Positions 1 to 6,831 of a stretch of 24,000 nt of DNA are shown in pieces (the stretch's first letter is position 1; the number at the start of each line of letters is the position of its first letter). The stretch is from Thermoplasmata archaeon. Lineage in GTDB: Archaea; Thermoplasmatota; Thermoplasmata; Halarchaeoplasmatales; Halarchaeoplasmataceae. The stretch is taken from the NCBI GenBank assembly GCA_003555395.1, contig PWHU01000003.1, positions 920 to 24,919 of the forward strand. The letters are read 5' to 3'. The notes beneath the pieces are model-generated. The model had not been told where the DNA came from. It saw only the letters and a list, made by a program, of their open reading frames with translations, and ran no database searches. A program made the translations under genes and the position numbers.

Positions 1-418
1 TCCTTACGTAAACGCCGTCGAAGGTTCTGATAGAAGTAGAGATTATCCTGATATCTTCCACGACACCCACTGTCCCGTTCGGACCACCGATCTCCACTAC
101 GTCGTCGACCCTCATGGGTCTTTCAAAAGTCAAAAAAATACCCGAGATCAGATTGGTGACGATACTCTGGCTGGCGAAACCTATCACTATGGCCATTATC
201 CCTCCGGCCACAAGGAATCCGGAAAGATCGACCCTTAAAATTGGAAGTATGGCTATGAAGCCGATAAAGATGGAAGAGTAGTATATTATTTTTGAAAGAG
301 TGTTCAATCTATCTTTTGATATCTTATCTTTTAGTGATCTTTTGAGGTTCATTATTATGATCTTGCCTATCAATATGATCACGGAAAATATTATAAGACT
401 GATCAGCACGTCGAGCAT
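1..418 (-). CDS. MscS-family mechanosensitive ion channel, N-terminal part; the gene runs off the left edge of the window
   Basis: Absent from the ORF track because it is truncated. Manual minus-strand translation from the ATG at 418-416 is open to position 1: MLDVLISLIIFSVIILIGK...LSGFLVAGGIMAIVIGFASQSIVTNLISGIFLTFERPMRVDDVVEIGGPNGTVGVVEDIRIISTSIRTFDGVYV. A G/A-rich pore helix followed by F-x-R-P-x-R-V-x-D-x-V-x-I..G..G-x-V..I...T-x-I-R-T-x-D-G matches the TM3/beta-domain signature of MscS (E. coli ...[39 protein letters not shown]). In-frame GTG alternatives lie just upstream of 418. Confidence 0.75.
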   Translation of the reverse strand, partial: MLDVLISLIIFSVIILIGKIIIMNLKRSLKDKISKDRLNTLSKIIYYSSIFIGFIAILPILRVDLSGFLVAGGIMAIVIGFASQSIVTNLISGIFLTFERPMRVDDVVEIGGPNGTVGVVEDIRIISTSIRTFDGVYVR

Positions 419-451
419 GGTCACGTCGGAGTAAAGCGTTTCAGATAACAC

Positions 452-1162
452 TCAGATACCTCCCTCCATTATGAATTTCTCCCCTTTCATAGGTATGGTA
501 CCTTTCGGTCGTAAGGTTTCGATCGACTTTCTCATCCCCTTCCTCATGCCGGAATTCAAAAATTTGGTCTCAGATTGATCTTCGGTCTGGATGATCATTT
601 TTGCCATCAGGGATACCATGTTTTCATCATAATATATCTTCATCCCGTATCCCGTGAAGACCATATTTGTCACTTCGATCCATCTCCTCGTAGTGTTCAT
701 CATGTTGACCTGGATAACGCCTTCTTTGTAGCGGTCAGTAGTAGGTATCTTTTGACTCGCATCGCTTTTCCAGTACTTACATATGCGCCCCGTTTTTATA
801 TCTCCGTAAGTGGTGTATTTGTGATTCACCAAAGAAAATATATCGAAAGGATCTCTAAACTCGTCTCCTTTCACAAAGACCCCTATCTCTATAGGGAACT
901 TGGCGAATATTTTACTCTTCGACCTAGGGCTCACCATTACTGGCTCGTCCAACTCTATAAGGAGGGTCGAAGCTAGGTCTTTAGGAAGGTTCAAAGGTTC
1001 GATTGGATTGATAACGATCTCACAGTTTTTATTCAAGAACCGTTTCTCTACGATATCCTCTCCTATCTCTCTGTAATATTTAAGAAAATCTTCTTCGCCT
1101 TTAAAATGAAGGTGTAAGTTTTCTATGCACTCCTGGTAATCTTTTTTATGACTCCCGTACAT
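452..1162 (-). CDS. hypothetical cytoplasmic protein (236 aa), family not recognised
   Basis: Long ORF on the same strand as the MscS gene and 33 nt upstream of it. A TATA-like TTTATATC (1189-1196, read on the minus strand) is centred ~30 nt upstream of the ATG, as in a leaderless archaeal promoter. No TM segments or catalytic motifs seen. The 575-976 (+) ORF is an antisense shadow. Confidence 0.7.
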   Translation of the reverse strand: MYGSHKKDYQECIENLHLHFKGEEDFLKYYREIGEDIVEKRFLNKNCEIVINPIEPLNLPKDLASTLLIELDEPVMVSPRSKSKIFAKFPIEIGVFVKGDEFRDPFDIFSLVNHKYTTYGDIKTGRICKYWKSDASQKIPTTDRYKEGVIQVNMMNTTRRWIEVTNMVFTGYGMKIYYDENMVSLMAKMIIQTEDQSETKFLNSGMRKGMRKSIETLRPKGTIPMKGEKFIMEGGI

Positions 1163-1293
1163 TTTGATAAAACAGATAAGCTTAAAGGTTTATATCAAAT
1201 TTAGGTCAGAAAATCATCTAGGACCTCAAAATTTGGACTGATAGAAATAACTTAAGGTTAAGGGGAGATATCTTTTCTGAAACGAAGGCAATT

Positions 1294-1575
1294 TTAAAGC
1301 GCCCGTTCTATCTCGTGCATCTCTTCCTCTATCCTCTCTAAAACTACCTCTTCGTCACCGAAATCTATATCGGGTCTTTCCTCTTCGAATATTTCAAGAA
1401 AATCTCTTGGAGAGTGCTGGTGTATGGCGTTTTCTATCTTTGATTTGTAAAGAGAGGCGAGAAAATGGTGTTCCCTGACAAGATCCGCTAAAGAGCGGTT
1501 CCCTTTAGCCCACTCATCGAAATTTTCTTGGCTTATTAGATTTACATATCTATGAAGATCTTCTTTTGATTTCAT
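1294..1575 (-). CDS. hypothetical small acidic protein (93 aa)
   Basis: ORF with acidic, helical-looking composition (EIFEEERPDIDFGDEEVVLERIEEEMHEIERAL). An A/T-rich TATA-like stretch (AAAAATAAATA on the minus strand) lies ~30 nt upstream of the ATG. No recognisable family. Confidence 0.55.
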   Translation of the reverse strand: MKSKEDLHRYVNLISQENFDEWAKGNRSLADLVREHHFLASLYKSKIENAIHQHSPRDFLEIFEEERPDIDFGDEEVVLERIEEEMHEIERAL

Positions 1576-1756
1576 GGGATCTAATTTTAGTTGTCATACT
1601 ATTTATTTTTTACTCTCGAATTTGAATTCCATATTTTTTCGATATTAGAAAAATAAACTTTTTAAAAATCAAATATCTGGATTTTTTAATTCTTTTGTAA
1701 TTTTTTTGCAAATATTTTATTACGCATTAAAAATACTAACAACTTTCCATCTATAT

Positions 1757-1868
1757 TTGTCAGACAAAATCTCGCATTACATGTTAAATCAAGACGACCG
1801 ATAATGTGAAATCACTTGCATACCATTAAAAAATATATGTAGAAAAATAGCAATTTTCTGTCTGACAA
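1757..1868. promoter_or_regulatory. pair of TTGTC-N-GACAA palindromic sites 101 bp apart in a 414-bp AT-rich divergent intergenic region
   Basis: TTGTCAGACAA at 1757-1767 and TGTCTGACAA at 1859-1868. They are reverse complements of each other over 10 nt, and each is a 4-5 bp-arm palindrome around one central base. They lie between the divergent genes 1294-1575 (-) and 1990-2355 (+). Confidence 0.3.
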
Positions 1869-1989
1869 TCGTCATTTTTTTTAATAGAAAACACGTTAGA
1901 AGGCGTTAACGACAAAAAACCTCCGAATAGACGAAAAATTTAATTTATGAGAGTCCTATCTCCCGTTGAAAAGCAGGAGGAGATGTTAG

Positions 1990-2355
1990 ATGGACAAATC
2001 CCCGATAGTCGAATCATTGAGAAACTTAAGCACCAGGGACCCGATTGAGATCTCTTGTCTTATAAACAAAGATGGCGACGTACAGGCGAGTGTGGGTCAT
2101 ATAGAACCACTTCAGTTGGAGACCTTTGGTATAATGGCCGCTACAATTTTTGGAGCCGCTTCCACAGCCAACGAGCAACTTAAAAAAAATAAGCCGAACA
2201 AAATCATCGTAGACTCGGCCGATGGTGATACTGTTATTAGAGGCGTAGGAAAGGATTACTTGCTTGTGGTCAGGGTGAGAAAAAAGAAAGAACTTGATGA
2301 TATTTTTGAAGCACTTAATGATACCGCAAAGAAGATCATCAAGTCGATGAGATAA
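1990..2355 (+). CDS. Roadblock/LC7 (MglB-like) domain protein
   Basis: 121 aa, GGAGGAG about 10 nt upstream of the ATG. The sequence ...EISCLINKDGDVQASVGHIEPLQLETFGIMAATIFGAASTANEQL...IIVDSADGDTVIRGVGKDYLLVVRVRKK has the length and alternating pattern typical of Roadblock/LC7 (PF03259) proteins. Confidence 0.75.
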   Translation: MDKSPIVESLRNLSTRDPIEISCLINKDGDVQASVGHIEPLQLETFGIMAATIFGAASTANEQLKKNKPNKIIVDSADGDTVIRGVGKDYLLVVRVRKKKELDDIFEALNDTAKKIIKSMR

Positions 2356-2450
2356 TCACTTACTTGTTTTATTGTTTCAAAGAATCCTAAAATTTTATAC
2401 TGACCTTCATTATTTTCAGATATAAGATATGGAAAATGTAGGTGTTGAAT

Positions 2451-4106
2451 ATGGTGGATATAAAAGCCCCTAGAGGTACGGAACTTAACTGTAAGGGATG
2501 GAAACAGGAAGCTATGTTGAGACAATTAAAGAATAATCTTGAGAATGCTGAGGATCCCGATAACCTCATTGTCTACGGAGGATCGGGAAAAGCTGCAAGA
2601 AATTGGGATGCTTATGAGAAGATAGTAGAAACCCTAAAGGAATTGGAAGATGACGAAACTTTACTCGTCCAGAGCGGTAAACCCATCGGTGTTTTCAAAA
2701 CATTCGAGAGAGCCCCGAGAGTGATAATCGCCAATTCTAATCTCGTGCCTAAATGGTCGACCTGGGAAAAGTTCTACGAGCTGGAAGATCTCGGACTAAT
2801 GATGTACGGTCAGATGACCGCAGGGAGCTGGTGCTACATAGGAACTCAAGGTATAATACAAGGGACGTACGAAACTTTTGCCGCAGCCGCAAGAAAACAT
2901 TTCGACGGAACTTTAGAAGGTAAGCTGTGCGTGAGCGGCGGACTAGGAGGTATGGGTGGAGCTCAACCTCTAGCCATCAAAATGAACGGTGGTGTAGCTC
3001 TAGTAGTCGAGATAAATCCAAAGAGAGCTCAACGTAGGCTAGATGCGGGCTACTGCGATGTAGTGGTCGAGGATCTAGATGAGGCCTTAACGATGGCCAT
3101 GGAAGCAAAAGAAGAAAAAAAAGCGCTCGCTATCGGTCTTATCGGCAATACCGCTGAGGTACTACCAGAGATGTTAGATAGAGACGTGATCCCGGACGTT
3201 TTGACTGATCAAACCAGCGCCCACGACGCCATGGAATACTTTCCAAAAGGGATCAGTTATACAGAGGCGTTGGAACTTAAGAATGATTCTCCCGACGAGT
3301 TCAAAGAAAGGAGCATGGAGTCGATGAAACTCCACTGTAAGACCATGGTCAAGATGAACGAAAAAGGAGCTATAACATTTGATTATGGAAACAACTTGAG
3401 GGGTCAGGCCTATGAGGCTGGATTTGAAAAAGCTTTCGCTTACCCCGGTTTCGTACCCGCGTATATACGGCCCATGTTCTGTGAAGGTAGAGGTCCGTTT
3501 CGATGGATGGCTTTATCCGGGGATCCTGAAGACATACTGAAAACTGACGAGGTAGTTAAAGAACTGTTCCCGGATAACGAGCAGCTGGTCAATTGGATCG
3601 ATCTTGCTCAGGAACACCTGCCATGGGAAGGTCTACCCGCAAGGGTCTGCTGGCTTGGATACGGTGAGAGACACAAATTCGCTAAGCGGATAAATAAGAT
3701 GGTCAGGAGTGGAGAGTTGAAAGCTCCGATATCGATAACCCGAGACCATCTAGATGCGGGCAGTGTGGCTAGTCCGAACAGGGAAACTGAAAACATGAAA
3801 GACGGCAGCGACGCTGTAGCGGATTGGCCTCTTTTGAACGCGATGCTGAATATAAGTGCAGGGGCAGACAGCGTTTCGATCCACAACGGCGGAGGAGTTG
3901 GAATAGGCTTTTCAACTCACGCAGGCATGGTCGTAGTAGCGGACGGAACTGAAGAAGCAGAAGAGAACATCGAGCGAGTTTTCAAAACCGATCCTGGTAT
4001 GGGTGTGGTCCGTCATGCAGATGCTGGCTACGAAAAGGCGATAAATTTTGCGAAGGAAAACGATGTCAAGATACCGATGCTCGATGAAAAAAATGGATGT
4101 GAGTGA
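2451..4106 (+). CDS. hutU: urocanate hydratase (urocanase)
   Basis: Diagnostic HutU blocks are present: [69 protein letters not shown], the NAD-binding [20 protein letters not shown] and NGGGVGIG. The track ORF starts at GTG 2442. I prefer ATG 2451, which has AGGTG 7 nt upstream and gives [12 protein letters not shown], like bacterial HutU N-termini. Confidence 0.95.
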   Translation: MVDIKAPRGTELNCKGWKQEAMLRQLKNNLENAEDPDNLIVYGGSGKAARNWDAYEKIVETLKELEDDETLLVQSGKPIGVFKTFERAPRVIIANSNLVPKWSTWEKFYELEDLGLMMYGQMTAGSWCYIGTQGIIQGTYETFAAAARKHFDGTLEGKLCVSGGLGGMGGAQPLAIKMNGGVALVVEINPKRAQRRLDAGYCDVVVEDLDEALTMAMEAKEEKKALAIGLIGNTAEVLPEMLDRDVIPDVLTDQTSAHDAMEYFPKGISYTEALELKNDSPDEFKERSMESMKLHCKTMVKMNEKGAITFDYGNNLRGQAYEAGFEKAFAYPGFVPAYIRPMFCEGRGPFRWMALSGDPEDILKTDEVVKELFPDNEQLVNWIDLAQEHLPWEGLPARVCWLGYGERHKFAKRINKMVRSGELKAPISITRDHLDAGSVASPNRETENMKDGSDAVADWPLLNAMLNISAGADSVSIHNGGGVGIGFSTHAGMVVVADGTEEAEENIERVFKTDPGMGVVRHADAGYEKAINFAKENDVKIPMLDEKNGCE

Positions 4107-4197
4107 TTTAGAGCTTGCGCTCACTGCTCAAATTTAATCCTGCTAAGTTACCCTATGGCATCTATTACCGATATTGAATCAGTATAGAGTATCACTT

Positions 4198-4947
4198 TTA
4201 CTGTGACGGAGGTGGCGGCTGCTGCTGATACTTCTGTTGGTCGTCTTCTTCATCGCTTTTCAACAACTTGAAGACCACTACGACTATTATTATGATGACA
4301 ACAAGAGGCACGATTATCACCAGTGCGATACATATCATGCTGCCGGCCCATAATCGCTCCAAGAGTTCTTCGTCTAGATCATCATCGTTTCCGTTGCCGT
4401 TCGTTGGAGGTTCAGCTTCCGGTCCTGCAGTGTCATGATAGTACTCGCCTTCACCTTCAGCGTCGATCCAGTCATAAGTTTCGACTCTAGCTATACTCAA
4501 TTCGCTTGGATCGCCTACATGGGCCAAAGAAAAACTCATCTCTAGAGTGCTTGATCCGATCCCATCCGCTTGGATCTGTTCATACGCCTGAGGTGCGTAA
4601 ATCCAGCAGGATCCATCATGGTAGTTCAATGTATAGGAATCGCCTTCTTCGTCTTCCAAATATACCATGTAGATGATGGCGTCATCGTTGATTATGGCTC
4701 CCTTCACTTCTAGAGAAACCAATATATTTCCATTATCTTCCGTCGTCTCCGTTCTTATTATATCTATATTGGGCCTTTCGACACCTTCCTGCCAGCGCCA
4801 TCCTGTTTCGGTCTCCTTCCAATAAAAAACGTCTCCGTCGGAATCCGTGATCGAATCGTCATACTGGGCGCTTGTAAGTATTGGGGTTGCCAGTAGCAGA
4901 AGTGCTATCAGCAAAGATACTGCTATATATATTCTTTTTTTGATCAT
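4198..4947 (-). CDS. secreted acidic protein with a C-terminal transmembrane anchor and a Pro-rich cytoplasmic tail (hypothetical)
   Basis: GGGTGA lies 8 nt upstream of the ATG. It has a Sec-type signal peptide (MIKKRIYIAVSLLIALLLLATPILTSAQ), a D/E/W/Y-rich ectodomain, one TM (ICIALVIIVPLVVIIIIVVVVF) and the tail ...SDEEDDQQKYQQQPPPPSQ. Confidence 0.75.
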   Translation of the reverse strand: MIKKRIYIAVSLLIALLLLATPILTSAQYDDSITDSDGDVFYWKETETGWRWQEGVERPNIDIIRTETTEDNGNILVSLEVKGAIINDDAIIYMVYLEDEEGDSYTLNYHDGSCWIYAPQAYEQIQADGIGSSTLEMSFSLAHVGDPSELSIARVETYDWIDAEGEGEYYHDTAGPEAEPPTNGNGNDDDLDEELLERLWAGSMICIALVIIVPLVVIIIIVVVVFKLLKSDEEDDQQKYQQQPPPPSQ

Positions 4948-5085
4948 TTTATTTCACCCTATTGGTTTTGTGTGGGTAAATGAGTTAAGACATTATTTAT
5001 AATTATCCCTGTAAGTTCTTGTGAAGCCTTTAGGTACAAAACTAAAGATAAATTTTAAATGCTAACAAATCATGATATATAAATA

Positions 5086-6798
5086 ATGGAGTTGGATCTC
5101 AAAAGTCTTTTGGGCAATCTGCTTCTCGCCGTGTTGATCTTACTTTTGGTAGCAAGAGCCGTTTCTTTTGCCGGCGAGGTACAACCTACGCCTATATCAG
5201 TTGTAGAATCTAGCAGTATGGAACCTACTTTTTCAGTAGGGGATCTAATCTTCTGGAGACCCACCACTATAGATAACGTTAGGGAAGGGGACATAGTCGT
5301 TTATTCCAGCCAAGCTAGAGACGGCGAACTGATAGTACACAGAGTTGTTGAGATAAGAGATGAGAACGGAGAAAGAGAATTGATCACACAGGGAGATGCT
5401 AACGAGTATACCGATCAACGAGGTCCACATTATCCCGAGCCACCTGTAACAGAAGAGAATCTTCTTGGAACACCGGTTTCCTTAGCAGGTTCGTCTATCA
5501 GAGTTCCCCGAGTCGGCTTTTTATGGATATGGACATCTGCTTCCATATCCGGAGCTATTGCCGGTGGGATGGCAGGTGGAGGTATAGCGATGTTGATCCC
5601 TATCCTAACAGCGGGTATAATGATCATATTGACCATCATGTTCATATCTCCGGAGGAAGGGGATGAAGATGAAAAGATAAAGAGATTGATCTTGGAGGGA
5701 GAAAAATCTCATATCTGGCAGATCTTTTTGATAATATTCATCGTTTTTGCGTTCATAATCGTTCCGAGCACATGGTACGGCTCCGAAACGGTTTCCATGT
5801 CCATAGGCGTGGGAGAGAGAGCCGACGAAGGAGCCGATCACACATACTCTTTCGCTAGCCAGGGAGAACATATACCTGGTAATCAAACGGTTGAAAATCC
5901 CGGTCATGTCCTTTTAACTCATCATGTAAATGTTAAAGGTGAAAGATCTGAATGGGTCACCTTGAACGAAAACAGCTTTCGGACAAGCCCGCGAAGTAAT
6001 CACACTATCGATTTCTATGTCGAAATTCCGGAAGATGCTGAATCCGGTACTTATAACAAAGAGATCGTCGACCATCATTCCCCTTTTTGGGTGGTGTATC
6101 CTCAAAGTTTCGTGGTGAGTGTGATAGAAGGTAGTCCCGGTAATGGAGTTTTGTTACTCAATATGGTCACCACTCTCATATTTGCTTTAGCTACGCTACT
6201 TTTGATGCTTTTCTTGTCCTATTTGATAGATAGATTTAACTCGTGGAGAGTCTACCAAGAGGCTAAAAATACGATAAAACTGAAAGGTAAGGGGGGCATT
6301 TCTATAGGGGATAGGATCGCTGAAAATAAGAAAAGATTCAAAAAGAAGGTCGTCGCGATATTTGATTGGATGAGAGGCGTCGACGTGATTGATTTTGATC
6401 CTGAAAAACCTCTTTATGCCTCACTAGTGGGTTTGATAGCTGTCCCTCTTCATTTTCTGAATGCGGATCTTTGGACTGTCTTTTTGTTGGTTCCTCTCGC
6501 CTCGGCCTTGGCCTATCATCTAGGATGCAGATGGAGGGCGGAGATATTCACCTCGGCACTCATCTCCTCGGGCATGGTATTCATGATACTACTTTTCATA
6601 CCTTTTTCCCTTCCCTATCTCTCAAATATGACCGTTACTGATCTAACCATCCTGCTCCAGAGTTTTGCCGTTATCCTTCTTATCTATGTGATCTTAGTGC
6701 CTCTGATACTGTTCGTCAGTTATCTAACCGTATTCTTGATCCACGGTTACAAAATCAACCATTCATCGCATCCGGTAAAAGAACTCTCAGATATATGA
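5086..6798 (+). CDS. archaeal/ER-type signal peptidase I (S26B) fused to a ~420-aa polytopic membrane region with a beta-sandwich-like ectodomain
   Basis: N-terminal TM anchor, catalytic Ser box VESSSMEPTFSVGDLIFW, His box ELIVHRVV, and box ITQGDANEYTD. The ORF then continues as a single frame through about 7 predicted TM helices and a ~120-aa soluble segment (...SEWVTLNENSFRTSPRSNHTIDFYVEIPEDAESGTYNKEIV). Confidence 0.85.
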   Translation: MELDLKSLLGNLLLAVLILLLVARAVSFAGEVQPTPISVVESSSMEPTFSVGDLIFWRPTTIDNVREGDIVVYSSQARDGELIVHRVVEIRDENGERELITQGDANEYTDQRGPHYPEPPVTEENLLGTPVSLAGSSIRVPRVGFLWIWTSASISGAIAGGMAGGGIAMLIPILTAGIMIILTIMFISPEEGDEDEKIKRLILEGEKSHIWQIFLIIFIVFAFIIVPSTWYGSETVSMSIGVGERADEGADHTYSFASQGEHIPGNQTVENPGHVLLTHHVNVKGERSEWVTLNENSFRTSPRSNHTIDFYVEIPEDAESGTYNKEIVDHHSPFWVVYPQSFVVSVIEGSPGNGVLLLNMVTTLIFALATLLLMLFLSYLIDRFNSWRVYQEAKNTIKLKGKGGISIGDRIAENKKRFKKKVVAIFDWMRGVDVIDFDPEKPLYASLVGLIAVPLHFLNADLWTVFLLVPLASALAYHLGCRWRAEIFTSALISSGMVFMILLFIPFSLPYLSNMTVTDLTILLQSFAVILLIYVILVPLILFVSYLTVFLIHGYKINHSSHPVKELSDI

Positions 6799-6831
6799 GA
6801 AAATAGACCTTAGGAACGGCCCAAGAATTTT

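Noticed and set aside
575-976. 133-aa + strand ORF
   Set aside because: It is fully nested antisense in the longer 452-1162 (-) ORF, which has a plausible promoter and protein-like composition. The + strand product is His/Phe/Arg-rich and looks like noise.
1163-1293. Intergenic gaps (also 1576-1989, 2356-2441 and 23807-23907) scanned by eye for tRNA-like or C/D-box sRNA genes; a TTAAGG-TTAAGG tandem was seen at ~1251-1264
   Set aside because: No GC-rich cloverleaf-like segments were found. No correctly ordered C (RUGAUGA) / D (CUGA) box pairs occur on either strand. The 2x6-bp tandem is too short to mean anything.
1757-1868. The inverted 10-mers as terminal inverted repeats of a ~112-bp MITE
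   Set aside because: There is no target-site duplication (flanks TATAT vs TCGTC) and the repeat does not extend beyond 10-11 nt. Each copy is itself palindromic, which fits a protein-binding site better than a transposon end.
4107-4197. Possible bidirectional terminator hairpin between the convergent hutU and 4198-4947 genes (GAGC-ttgc-GCTC; GTGAG...CTCAC)
   Set aside because: The stems are only 4-5 bp and there is no adjacent T-run, so this is not distinguishable from chance.
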